A stretch of 64,000 nt of DNA from Thermoplasmatota archaeon (lineage in GTDB: Archaea; Thermoplasmatota; Penumbrarchaeia; Penumbrarchaeales; Penumbrarchaeaceae), in the NCBI GenBank assembly GCA_016928095.1, contig JAFGLL010000051.1, positions 11,779 through 75,778 on the forward strand, read 5' to 3'. This document shows, piece by piece, positions 14,973 to 24,745 of this stretch. The notes below the pieces were generated by a model, which did no database searches, was not told where the DNA came from, and saw only the letters and a list, made by a program, of their open reading frames with translations. Position 1 is the stretch's first letter. Each line of letters starts with the position of its first letter. The translations under genes and the position numbers were made by a program.

Positions 14973-17174
14973 ATGGCAAAGGTTATCGGAATAGATCTTG
15001 GGACAACTTATTCGGCAATGGCAGTTCTGGAGGGGGGGGAGCCTGTGGTCATACCCACGGCGGAAGGAACCCGGACGATGCCTTCCGTTGTGGCCTTTAC
15101 GGAAGATGGTGAGATACTTGTCGGTCAGGTTGCAAAAAGGCAAGCCGTGACCAATCCCGAGAGGACAATATCCTCGATCAAGAGAAAGATGGGGACAAAA
15201 TACAAGGTAAAGGTCGATGAAAAGGTGTACACTCCCCAGGAGATCTCGGCCATGATCCTGAGGAAGCTTAAAAAAGATGCCGAGGAATACCTGGGAGAGG
15301 AGATCGATAAGGCTGTAATTACAGTTCCCGCTTATTTTGAGGACCCTCAGAGGCAGGCGACAAGGGATGCAGGGAGGATCGCCGGACTGGAGGTCCTGAG
15401 AATAATCAACGAACCCACGGCAGCATCACTGGCATACGGTCTCGACAAGCAGGACATCGAGCAGACAATCCTTGTGTTCGACCTGGGCGGTGGAACGTTC
15501 GATGTGTCTATCCTGGATATTGGCGAGGGTGTATTCGAGGTCAAGGCCACATCAGGTAACAATCTGCTTGGTGGTGATGATTTCGATGCTCGGATCATGG
15601 ACTGGATAATAGAAAAGTTCGATGAAGATTGCGGCATTTCACTTCGTGAGGACAGGAATGCGATGCAGAGATTGAAAGAAGCTGCGGAAAAGGCAAAGAT
15701 CGAACTTTCCTCTAGACTCGACACGAACATCAACCTGCCCTATATCGCAGCCGACAGTGATGGTCCGAAACATATCGATTATACCCTGACAAGGGCAAAA
15801 TATGAATCCCTCACGGAGGATCTAATCGATGCCACAAAAGGTCCGACAAAGAGATCATTAAAGGATTCTGGCCTGACTCCAAAGGAGATCCAGCAGATAC
15901 TCCTGGTAGGTGGGATGACAAGGACACCTGCAGTACAGAATTTTATTAAGGAGTTCTTCGGAAAGGCACCCAATAAGGGTATCAACCCGGACGAATGCGT
16001 TGCGATCGGAGCGGCCATTCAGGGTGGAGTTCTGACCGGTGAGGTCAAGGATGTCCTGCTTCTCGACGTAACACCCTTATCCCTTGGCGTAGAGACTGTT
16101 GGTGGACTTACCTCTAAGCTCATTCCCAGGAATACAACGATACCCTGCAGAAAGAACCAGATCTTCTCGACCGCGCAGGACAACCAGACATCGGTGGAGA
16201 TACATGTTGTACAGGGAGAGAGGGAGATGTCCACTGACAATAAGTCCCTTGGAAAATTCCATCTCATCGGGATACCCCCCGCTCCTAGAGGCGTGCCACA
16301 GATCGAGGTTACCTTCGATATAGATGCGAACGGTATAGTAAACGTTTCAGCGAAGGACCTCGCTACTGGCAAGGAACAGAAGATCACCATACAACCTTCC
16401 TCCGGTGTGACAGAAGATGAGGTTTCCAGGATGATAGAGGACGCTGACAAATATGAGAAGATAGACAAGAAGAAGAAGAAACTTGCAGAACTTCGGAACC
16501 AGGCGGATGCCATGATCTATTCCACGGAGAAAGCGATCGTGGAGCTTGAGGATAAACTGGACAAGAATAAGATGAAAGAGACCAAGATCGCACTGAAAGA
16601 GCTCAAGGTCCAGATGGAGGGTAAGAACGTCAAGGAACTGAAGGAGGCCATAGACATTCTTACAGAAAAGTCCCAGAGCTTGTTCGCCGATGCATACTCC
16701 GGTATCCGTGGGGATGATGAAGAAGGCTATGAACCGATCACGATAAAGTGTCCGAAGTGCAAGAAACCGATAAAGATAACCTCGCCCAAGAGGCCATTGA
16801 AGATCACCTGTCCGCACTGCGGGGCAAAGGGAACTATAAAGGGATCCCCACCCAAGAAGAAACCGGTAGAGGATCGGAAAGATGAGTCGAAAAAAGCTCC
16901 CAGGGAAGAGGAACCCAAGAAGAAGGTCAAGAAATCCTCCTCGGAAGAAAAGGAAGAGACAGAGGAGAAGAAACCTAAAAAGAAGGTGAAGAAACCTTCG
17001 GAGGATGAGGAGGAGGAAGAGGAGCCCAGGAAGAAGGGGAAAAAGGAACCGAAATATGAGCCCGAACTCATTGATTGTCCCAAATGCGGGAATGAGATCG
17101 AGATCGATTCTCCTGAAAGACCCCTAAGGGTTCAGTGCCCTGAATGCGGCGCAAAGTTGAAGATCACGGAGTGA
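14973..17174 (+). CDS. dnaK: Molecular chaperone DnaK (Hsp70) with C-terminal double zinc-ribbon extension
   Basis: GIDLGTT; TVPAYF; INEPTAA; [10 protein letters not shown]; NPDECVA; [11 protein letters not shown]; [15 protein letters not shown]. Confidence 0.98.
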   Translation: MAKVIGIDLGTTYSAMAVLEGGEPVVIPTAEGTRTMPSVVAFTEDGEILVGQVAKRQAVTNPERTISSIKRKMGTKYKVKVDEKVYTPQEISAMILRKLKKDAEEYLGEEIDKAVITVPAYFEDPQRQATRDAGRIAGLEVLRIINEPTAASLAYGLDKQDIEQTILVFDLGGGTFDVSILDIGEGVFEVKATSGNNLLGGDDFDARIMDWIIEKFDEDCGISLREDRNAMQRLKEAAEKAKIELSSRLDTNINLPYIAADSDGPKHIDYTLTRAKYESLTEDLIDATKGPTKRSLKDSGLTPKEIQQILLVGGMTRTPAVQNFIKEFFGKAPNKGINPDECVAIGAAIQGGVLTGEVKDVLLLDVTPLSLGVETVGGLTSKLIPRNTTIPCRKNQIFSTAQDNQTSVEIHVVQGEREMSTDNKSLGKFHLIGIPPAPRGVPQIEVTFDIDANGIVNVSAKDLATGKEQKITIQPSSGVTEDEVSRMIEDADKYEKIDKKKKKLAELRNQADAMIYSTEKAIVELEDKLDKNKMKETKIALKELKVQMEGKNVKELKEAIDILTEKSQSLFADAYSGIRGDDEEGYEPITIKCPKCKKPIKITSPKRPLKITCPHCGAKGTIKGSPPKKKPVEDRKDESKKAPREEEPKKKVKKSSSEEKEETEEKKPKKKVKKPSEDEEEEEEPRKKGKKEPKYEPELIDCPKCGNEIEIDSPERPLRVQCPECGAKLKITE

Positions 17175-17181
17175 TCGGAAA

Positions 17182-17212
17182 GGAGGGTCCGATCGGACCC
17201 TCTCTTTTTTTT
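17182..17212 (+). terminator. Hairpin plus T-tract terminator after dnaK
   Basis: GAGGGTCC-GATC-GGACCCTC stem followed by TC and T8. Confidence 0.75.
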
Positions 17213-17279
17213 CTTTGGAGTTGGATAGAATAAAATAGGATAACGATATAATGACCATTCCCTCCTGAAAGGTGATATA

Positions 17280-18323
17280 TTGGCTGATGATCATTACACC
17301 ATACTAGGGATCGAGGACGATGCCACCCAGGATGATGTAAAAAAAGCCTACAGGAAACTTGCCAAGAACCTCCATCCTGACCTGAACAAGGACGACTCTA
17401 CCGGTGCGGCCGATAGGTTTAAAAAGGTCAAGGAAGCGTACGAGATACTTTCAAACCCTTTGAAGAGAGAAAAGTATGACCTTGAGCTCATGAGATCTGG
17501 TTCAGCATCAAATCAATCTCCTGTACCACAGTCTGTTGGTTTTGTATATACAGGTCCGCCCCTTGCACCTCAGAGAGGCTCGGATGTCAAGCTTGTAATG
17601 AAGATACTCTTTCAGGAATCCTTCTCGGGTGTAAAGAAAGGTGTCGATGTCAAGATGCCTGTTAGATGTACCAATTGTGGTGGCTCAGGGTCTGCTCCGG
17701 GTACACCGGTCTCGACATGCCCCACCTGTAGAGGCTCAGGAGCATTACTTCAGCCTGTGCAGACCCCTCAAGGCTATATCAATCAGAGGATCATATGTAC
17801 CACATGCAACGGCAGGGGAATACTGATGCAGCAGTTCTGCCAGCGCTGCTCGGGTGTCGGACTGGTGAACGGTTCTGATAATGTGATCCTCTCTCTTCCT
17901 CCAGGGGTAGAAGACGGTGCAATAATTAAGATAAATGGTAAAGGAGGATACGGCCTTGGGAATGGTCCGAGAGGGGATCTTTTAATAACAGTGAACGTCG
18001 AGGAGCTTCCGAACATGAAGCGGGTCGATAATGACCTGTATATCGAAGAGTCGATCTCGCTCCCCAAAGCTGTCTTTGGGGGGAAACAGAGGGTCAACAC
18101 TCTGGAAGGAAGAAGGACCCTCAGGATACCTTCCTTGACAAAGAGCAGGACAGAGTTCCTCATAGAGAGCGAAGGTTTCCCTGACCCGGTGACCGGTGAA
18201 CACGGTGATCTCTACGTGGTCGTTTACATTGACCCGCCGGAGGACCTGACCGAGGGTGCCAAAAAAGCCCTCAAGAAGTATGCTCTGGAAATGGGCGAAG
18301 ACCTCAATGACCTGGGTCTCTAG
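17280..18323 (+). CDS. dnaJ: Chaperone DnaJ (Hsp40)
   Basis: J-domain with HPD; four CxxCxGxG repeats (CTNCGGSG, CPTCRGSG, CTTCNGRG, CQRCSGVG); GDL motifs in the C-terminal domains; TTG start. Confidence 0.93.
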   Translation: MADDHYTILGIEDDATQDDVKKAYRKLAKNLHPDLNKDDSTGAADRFKKVKEAYEILSNPLKREKYDLELMRSGSASNQSPVPQSVGFVYTGPPLAPQRGSDVKLVMKILFQESFSGVKKGVDVKMPVRCTNCGGSGSAPGTPVSTCPTCRGSGALLQPVQTPQGYINQRIICTTCNGRGILMQQFCQRCSGVGLVNGSDNVILSLPPGVEDGAIIKINGKGGYGLGNGPRGDLLITVNVEELPNMKRVDNDLYIEESISLPKAVFGGKQRVNTLEGRRTLRIPSLTKSRTEFLIESEGFPDPVTGEHGDLYVVVYIDPPEDLTEGAKKALKKYALEMGEDLNDLGL

Positions 18324-18347
18324 ACCTGCCTGTGCCAATTTATAAAT

Positions 18348-19148
18348 ATGGGCGCTCTTCTCACAAATCGGTTCATGATGATCACGCTTGTTGGTATCGG
18401 TCATGTTTTCTCCATAAAGGAGGCTGTCAAGTACATCGTATTGACCAGAAGACCCGATGCGGTATGTCTTGAGCTGGACAGACTGAGGTTCGACGCACTT
18501 GAGACCGGTACCAGAGAGCAGGGTGAAGCTCCATTTCTCTTCAGGAGGCTCCAGAGGATCTATGACAAGGCCGCTGAAACCCAGGGAGCCCAGGTAGGCG
18601 AGGAGATGCTAGGAGCGGCTGAGGCTGCCGGTGAAATAGGGATCCCTCATTATTTCATTGATATAGAGGCCTCTCCCATGGTGATGAACATTTTCCAGAA
18701 GCTTTCAATGTCGGAGAAGCTCAAATTGTTCGGATCTGTCATCGGTGCGTCCATCATCCCGAAAAAGACCCTGGAAGAGGGCATCAAGGAGATAGGAGAG
18801 GACCCTGATAAGTACATGGAGCAGTTCGAGAACTATTTTCCAACCCTGAAGAGAGATATTGTTGATTACAGGGACCGCTATATGTCAAAACGATTGATCG
18901 AAATATCAAAGAAGCACGAACATATCCTTGCAGTGGTCGGACAGGGCCATATAAGGGGAATGATCGATCTCCTTGAACCTTACGGGGCCCATGTCATCAA
19001 TCTCAAGGAGGTTCAGGAAATTGCCAGAGGTTTGGTGGACGGCTCGATCAAGATGCCTGTACCAAAGGGTGGAAATATCTATGAGGGATCGAACAACGAT
19101 GTGCATTTCGGATTCAATGTAGAGATGGAGACATCGGAGGAGATATGA
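18348..19148 (+). CDS. TraB/GumN (TIKI-like) domain protein
   Basis: VGIGHV; AVCLELDRLR; GEEMLGAAEAA; IVDYRDRYM; VVGQGHIRGM. Confidence 0.8.
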   Translation: MGALLTNRFMMITLVGIGHVFSIKEAVKYIVLTRRPDAVCLELDRLRFDALETGTREQGEAPFLFRRLQRIYDKAAETQGAQVGEEMLGAAEAAGEIGIPHYFIDIEASPMVMNIFQKLSMSEKLKLFGSVIGASIIPKKTLEEGIKEIGEDPDKYMEQFENYFPTLKRDIVDYRDRYMSKRLIEISKKHEHILAVVGQGHIRGMIDLLEPYGAHVINLKEVQEIARGLVDGSIKMPVPKGGNIYEGSNNDVHFGFNVEMETSEEI

Positions 19149-20413
19149 TGAAGACCAAGAAGAATATAGCCATGGGTCTTTTCTTTCTGCTTGGCCTATC
19201 GACCCTGGTGTTCGGGGCTTTCATATTCTATGTTACATTTGACCTCGATTCCATGGACGGTCGGACCATTCTTACCGGAGAGGTCAAAGATACGGACGAT
19301 GAACCTCTTGAGGGTGTTCATGTAATTTGCCAGGATCGGGAGACCTTCTCGGACGAGAATGGTCAATGGACCCTCAATGGTGTCCCGGAAGGATTGGTGA
19401 ATGTCGATCTATTTGATCCCGGATATGTAAGGCTTTCCATCAAATGGTTGGCCTATCCCTTTGAAGAGGTGAAGGATGATCTCGGGAAAAGCGCAAACAA
19501 TCTATCATATTCGTTCGAACAGTCCGGGGATGAGGGAATAATCCTCAAACGGGAGATGGTAGAATACGACCTTGATCATTACTCTATCGGGAACCTCACG
19601 ATCAATGTAGGTGCTTCGATATCGGACCTGGGTACATTCACGGAGATCCTCTTTTCGAACGGGACGAAGGAACTCAGGTCACAACCGATCTCGGCAGGGA
19701 TCACTACCATGATAGTATCCGGGATAGGCAGTTTTAAACTTGGATTTGACGAACAGGGCCCTTTCCTGACCGGTTTTCATCCGGTTCCGGGGGAGATTGA
19801 TGTAACGACAGCCTTGAAGGATATGATCATTCACGATCAGGATAGAGAATGGTCCGGGAGGAATGGTATCCTGAACGTTACGATGGTGACAGAGGATGAG
19901 ATCCACGATCTGAATATCATGATAAAGGATTTTTTTACAGGAATGTCGGTTTCGCAGAGGGTCCTTGGGTCCCCCATCGACAGTGTGTTCATACTTGCAC
20001 CCGGTGTTTACACAATCGAGGTTACAAGCCGATCCTACGTGGATTCTCTCTGGTCCGCTGTGGTGATGGGGGAAGGTTCCACGGAGGAAATGGAGATCCA
20101 GCTTTTTATGGCAGACACCGAGACCAGGTTGGACGATCTCTCCGTGAAGGGCAACTTCACGATAGCCGTCTCCTATATGGCCATATCATTGGTGCTCTTC
20201 TTCGGAGGATATTACACGAAGAAGGATGGGTCCTGGGCTGTCCTTCTGATATTGGCTTTCGTGGGTTTCCTTTCAAGGGGCCTGATAGACCTGTTCATCT
20301 TCAACATAAACTCTCTTATAGCTATCGTGCTGGTGGTGATCCTCTTCACCATGAGAGGAGAATACAATAAGATGAGGATGAAGAAGTCCGTGACAGGAAA
20401 CAGGAAATTATGA
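19145..20413 (+). CDS. Membrane protein with carboxypeptidase-regulatory-like (Ig) extracellular domains and C-terminal TM helices
   Basis: N-terminal TM; LTGEVKDTDDEPLEGVHV..SDENGQWTL motif; three C-terminal hydrophobic segments; overlaps the stop of the upstream gene. Confidence 0.6.
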   Translation: MMKTKKNIAMGLFFLLGLSTLVFGAFIFYVTFDLDSMDGRTILTGEVKDTDDEPLEGVHVICQDRETFSDENGQWTLNGVPEGLVNVDLFDPGYVRLSIKWLAYPFEEVKDDLGKSANNLSYSFEQSGDEGIILKREMVEYDLDHYSIGNLTINVGASISDLGTFTEILFSNGTKELRSQPISAGITTMIVSGIGSFKLGFDEQGPFLTGFHPVPGEIDVTTALKDMIIHDQDREWSGRNGILNVTMVTEDEIHDLNIMIKDFFTGMSVSQRVLGSPIDSVFILAPGVYTIEVTSRSYVDSLWSAVVMGEGSTEEMEIQLFMADTETRLDDLSVKGNFTIAVSYMAISLVLFFGGYYTKKDGSWAVLLILAFVGFLSRGLIDLFIFNINSLIAIVLVVILFTMRGEYNKMRMKKSVTGNRKL

Positions 20414-20417
20414 ACTG

Positions 20418-20813
20418 TCATTTCTTGGTGGAATAGGCTATGGTCCGCTCAATATCCTCGATTATCAGCTTGAGGCCGATCTCCGCTTCAGTTTTGAAGT
20501 TTGGATCATTTCGGAAATGTTCGCCGTGGGGACATGAAGGGTCTATTACCGGACCGCGATCGCCCAGGGTCATGGGAAAAGCCCTACATGCTGCAGGTCT
20601 GTTCTTGTAAACGCTGCATATTCCGTCCTTCAGAAATATGCATTTACCCTGTATGAAAACGAGTTCCTTGAGATTGTGACCCCATTTCGATGGTCTGGCA
20701 AAGGTCTGTTCGTAATGTCCCATTGTGAGAAGTTTGTGAACATCATCATGGGTCAGTACTATCTCCCTTTCCTGACAGCATTTGGTGCATTTCATATCCA
20801 TGCATATGGTCAA
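20418..20813 (-). CDS. YkgJ family cysteine-cluster protein (CxxCxxCC)
   Basis: CMDMKCTKCC; CIFL; CSVYKNRPAACRAFP. Confidence 0.85.
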   Translation of the reverse strand: MTICMDMKCTKCCQEREIVLTHDDVHKLLTMGHYEQTFARPSKWGHNLKELVFIQGKCIFLKDGICSVYKNRPAACRAFPMTLGDRGPVIDPSCPHGEHFRNDPNFKTEAEIGLKLIIEDIERTIAYSTKK

Positions 20814-21127
20814 TGTGCATCCCGCCCAGAAAGCTTCATATGATTAGATTTTTGGTATATATATATTTTGTACCTTGAAATTTCATTGATGTGATTATTT
20901 ACGTATTAAATGTTATCTTTTCTATAATATGGTTAAATTCTTAATAGAACGGTCTCAAAAACAGCAGGTCATTTGCCAAGATTATCATTGATCCGATCCC
21001 ATTTCATGTCCGGACAATGATATCGACCCATTGCTGCATTGATATCGGACCACCCTTCATGAAACAAAGTATTAATAAAACAAGCAGGATTAACTTGAAC
21101 CGCCACGTTTAGGGGAGGTCGTACCAG

Positions 21128-21544
21128 ATGGTAGATTATGAATATGGAAAGATCAAGACGGGGCTTTTCTCGGGAAAAGCGGTCGGTTATGAGAGCAAGC
21201 TCGTAAGACCGACCGCAACGGGTGAGGTAAGATCTCTGACAATGTACGATTATGACACCTCAAAGAGACTGGGAAGCATGGATTACGAGATCGATGGTTC
21301 CCAGGTCAAGGTGAATGGTTTCTCATTCACCGAATGGGGAGATAAACGTCTTCCTGAGGGGTTCATCAACTATTTTATCAAGAAGATGAAGAAAAGGGGA
21401 GTGAGCAGGGTGGTCGTCGAACTGTATGATGTTGATGCCAATACCCACAGCAAGCTCACCATCTTCAAATCCATGAAGTTCGTTACAGATACCACCGGAA
21501 ACATGACCGGTTACCAATCCTGGATGTTGATAAGGGACCTCTGA
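21128..21544 (+). CDS. Hypothetical protein, possible degenerate GNAT fold
   Basis: GGGGAGG SD; C-terminal pattern FINYFIKKMKKRGVSRVVVEL..N..IFKSMKF resembles the GNAT beta5-alpha4 region. Confidence 0.5.
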   Translation: MVDYEYGKIKTGLFSGKAVGYESKLVRPTATGEVRSLTMYDYDTSKRLGSMDYEIDGSQVKVNGFSFTEWGDKRLPEGFINYFIKKMKKRGVSRVVVELYDVDANTHSKLTIFKSMKFVTDTTGNMTGYQSWMLIRDL

Positions 21545-21554
21545 GGCTGATAGC

Positions 21555-21899
21555 ATGTTACCGGGTGGAAGGATGAATCCCCGTCAGATGGAGCGCATGA
21601 TGCGCAAGATGGGTCTCAACATGGAGGAGATAGAGGGTGTCAAGGAGGTCATAATCTACACCGATGCGAAGGAGATCCACATCCATGATCCGCAGGTTAC
21701 CGTCATGAACGTGCAGGGGGAAAAGAACTTCCAGGTCCAGGGAAAGGTCTGGGAAAAGGTCCTCAAGGAAGAGATACCCGAAAGCGACATACAGCTGGTC
21801 ATGGACCAGACAGGGGCCTCCAGGGAAGATGCGATCAAGGCATTGAAGAAGGCCGACGGTGAACCCGCAGAAGCGATAATATCCTTGATGGGTGGGTAG
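21555..21899 (+). CDS. nac: Nascent polypeptide-associated complex protein (archaeal NAC)
   Basis: MNPRQMERMMRKMG; VIIYT; C-terminal UBA-like region DIQLVMDQTGASREDAIKAL..GEPAEAII. Confidence 0.95.
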   Translation: MLPGGRMNPRQMERMMRKMGLNMEEIEGVKEVIIYTDAKEIHIHDPQVTVMNVQGEKNFQVQGKVWEKVLKEEIPESDIQLVMDQTGASREDAIKALKKADGEPAEAIISLMGG

Positions 21900-21980
21900 G
21901 GTCCAGGGTTTGGGACAGCCCCCGGTTTTCCCCGTCCCTATATTATTATTGCATATTCGATCCTTTATACGGGTAGGTCC

Positions 21981-23810
21981 ATGTATGGGGTAAGATCGAA
22001 GGTTGGGTCTTTTCAGGAGCAGAGAGACCATGATAAGAACATGCCTCAGCTGATATCGCAGATAGATACCGGTTTGCCGGAGGTCATCAAGGATAGAACC
22101 CTCGACACTCTATATCTGGGTTATCAGAAATTGGTTCCGGATGATCCTCAAGAATATGCCCATAAAAGGTCGTCAAATGACCATCCAGTCGGGTCTGGTA
22201 TCTGTGGACCATTCCCGTACAGGTCCATCATGGCAATAGAAAAGGACAGCGTGAACTCGATCAGGAGCGAGTTCAATGCGGCGATAAAGATGGGGTTCGA
22301 ACTGGTGCAGATAAGGCTGGACACCTTGAAACCCGGGAATACACCAGAGTCAAGAGCAAGGATGGGCGTCTACATAGTCCAGATAGCGTCGTTCTCAAAA
22401 AAGAACATCATCATCTCCTTACCACCTGGCCGTTTCGGAGGAAAGGTTGATGAGATTTCCCTCCCTGAACTTGTCCGCTTGGACCTCCTGATGATGATGG
22501 CTTCACAGGGATTTGCATGGCTGGAGCTTGAAGATGACATTCCCCTGAGCGAGATGACGGAGATCATCAAGAGAGCTCATGGATCAGGGACGAAGGTCCT
22601 TCTTTCAAGGTATCACGGATCTGCTGACAACTGGGTTCCACCTTCTCCCGGGGTCCAGCAGATGATCGACGGTTACAGGCTCAGGATATCCGTTTCCTCC
22701 GGCAAGGAGCTGAAAAAGTTCCTCAGGACATGCGGTCTGATCAGAAGCACCCTTAAGAACAAGTCCAAGATGATCGATCTGAAGAATTCCATTGCCGACG
22801 ATCTGAGATGGTTGACCCCTTTTCTTGGTTCGGATAATCTCGTGATGGGTCCCATGACCGATCCTGACCTCCATAACCATGGAGGGATGAGATACGGATG
22901 TGAACCTGCAATGGAATTCTGGAGAAGGACGGGACTCGTGGGTGAAGGTGTCGGCAAGGAATGGTCACTTCAGGACAGATGTATTGACAGCAACACAAGG
23001 ATAATGGCACGGATCGGAGGTGAAGGCGGTAATGACCTTATGATGCGTGTCCATAACAGTATTTTCAAGAGGAATGACAACAATGCTGTCATACTGCCAT
23101 GGCAAGTATCAAAAAAGGATGTGAACGGTTTTTTCAGGATGGCGAAGGACCTGGAACTATGCGGGATAATGGTCGATAAACCGTTCAACAGCACTGCTTT
23201 ATGGAACATGGACGATACAGATCCAGCATCAAGGAAGGTGGGGGCAGTGAACCTTGTACTTGGAAACAGGGGTAAATTGTCCGGATACAACACGGAGATC
23301 TACGCGATGACAGATATCCTGAAGGAGAACGTAGGAATTGATGGGGGCAAGGTGCTCGTGCTTGGATGCGGACCCAGCGGCAGGTCTGCAGCGATGGCGT
23401 CACATATTATCGGGTGTGATACAACGATCTCCGTATCGAGCACCGATAGGATAGAGGACCTGTCGATCTCCCTTGGTATCCCTCTGGAGGTCGTTTCATA
23501 CAAAGAACTGGGGGAGCCGGGAAGAAGATATGATGTGATCATCAACACACTCCCTTCCGGTTTCTTTTTTGAAACAGGTAGAGGGAGAATGAGCATCCCT
23601 GGCCTGGTCGGGAGAATGTCGCATACCATCGGGATAGAGATGTCGAGGTCAAATGTGGTGACACCTTTCCTCTCATCTCTAAGGACCAATGGTAACAAGA
23701 CCCATCCTGTCACTGAGATGATGGTCCGAACGGCCATCATTGACCAGAAACTGCTCTTGGACCAGGATATCATGGATGATATGGTCCGTGATCTGATATC
23801 AGGGCTTTGA
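21981..23810 (+). CDS. Type I 3-dehydroquinate dehydratase / shikimate dehydrogenase-like fusion with degenerate active sites
   Basis: QIRLD, LELE, SRYH and VMG of the AroD fold; HNSIF, VGAVN, GYNTE, VLGCGPSG and IINT of the AroE fold. Confidence 0.7.
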   Translation: MYGVRSKVGSFQEQRDHDKNMPQLISQIDTGLPEVIKDRTLDTLYLGYQKLVPDDPQEYAHKRSSNDHPVGSGICGPFPYRSIMAIEKDSVNSIRSEFNAAIKMGFELVQIRLDTLKPGNTPESRARMGVYIVQIASFSKKNIIISLPPGRFGGKVDEISLPELVRLDLLMMMASQGFAWLELEDDIPLSEMTEIIKRAHGSGTKVLLSRYHGSADNWVPPSPGVQQMIDGYRLRISVSSGKELKKFLRTCGLIRSTLKNKSKMIDLKNSIADDLRWLTPFLGSDNLVMGPMTDPDLHNHGGMRYGCEPAMEFWRRTGLVGEGVGKEWSLQDRCIDSNTRIMARIGGEGGNDLMMRVHNSIFKRNDNNAVILPWQVSKKDVNGFFRMAKDLELCGIMVDKPFNSTALWNMDDTDPASRKVGAVNLVLGNRGKLSGYNTEIYAMTDILKENVGIDGGKVLVLGCGPSGRSAAMASHIIGCDTTISVSSTDRIEDLSISLGIPLEVVSYKELGEPGRRYDVIINTLPSGFFFETGRGRMSIPGLVGRMSHTIGIEMSRSNVVTPFLSSLRTNGNKTHPVTEMMVRTAIIDQKLLLDQDIMDDMVRDLISGL

Positions 23811-23817
23811 AGTCGTT

Positions 23818-24672
23818 TTATTTTCCGCATTCCGGACATGAACCTTCACTTTTCATATATACGGCGGAGCAATTTTTACACCGGACCTTGCCCGTCATGT
23901 CCACCTCACCTTTGATCTTTAAAAGGTCCGGGTCGTTCTCTTTCTCCGGGCTTTCGGGACAGTTCAATGCTTTTTCCTTCAATTTAACATTACAGTGTGG
24001 GCATTTCATGTCCTTCTCGGAGATGATACCGCCACAGGCACCGCAGATATGTTCCTCCTCCTCGAATTCGGCATTGCATCCCGGGCATCTCTCGTCGTCT
24101 TGGGATATTGTTGCACCGCAAGCGGAGCAGACCATCCCCGAAGGTTCCGCTCCTCTGGTCGTTTGTTTCTGTATCTTCTTGCCTTTGAAATATGACCAGG
24201 TCAAGAATATTATGATCACCGTGATGAAGATCACGGAGATGGCAAAGTATGTCTTTGGAAGTCCGAATATCGTATCCTTCTTTTGATCTTCAGTACCATT
24301 CACATGTATGGTATGCCCTTCAAAAAGGATGGAACTCCCGTTGGTCAGGATCGCCGTATAGGTGATATTGTGGGTACCCGGGTTGAGGACGGTCATACTG
24401 CATGAGTAGATGATCGCCGGTTCTTTGGACATGGAAACCCCTTCCCATGCAGGGGTCATGATCTGGGTCCTGTTATCCATCCTGAGCTCCACACTGAGTA
24501 TCCCCGACCCGTTGTTGGTGGATCCCACAACATAGAACTGCACCACATCCCCTTCGACCGGGTCAAGGGGGGAATAATGGTCAAGACAGAGGGCAGCATC
24601 TCCTTTTACTGTTCCCAGGAAGGGGATGAGCAATACGGTGAGAAGCAGGATCAGAACGGCTTTATAATTCAT
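23818..24672 (-). CDS. Membrane-anchored protein with extracellular Ig-like domain and cytoplasmic multiple zinc ribbons
   Basis: Signal peptide; TM YFAISVIFITVIIIFLTWSYF; six CxxC pairs (CSAC/CPGC, CGAC/CPHC, CKNC/CPEC). Confidence 0.7.
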   Translation of the reverse strand: MNYKAVLILLLTVLLIPFLGTVKGDAALCLDHYSPLDPVEGDVVQFYVVGSTNNGSGILSVELRMDNRTQIMTPAWEGVSMSKEPAIIYSCSMTVLNPGTHNITYTAILTNGSSILFEGHTIHVNGTEDQKKDTIFGLPKTYFAISVIFITVIIIFLTWSYFKGKKIQKQTTRGAEPSGMVCSACGATISQDDERCPGCNAEFEEEEHICGACGGIISEKDMKCPHCNVKLKEKALNCPESPEKENDPDLLKIKGEVDMTGKVRCKNCSAVYMKSEGSCPECGK

Positions 24673-24745
24673 CGTGACATGAAATGTCTATTATGGATAT
24701 AAGTTAATGGAAAGATTAATCCGCATTCATATCCATCATATGGAC

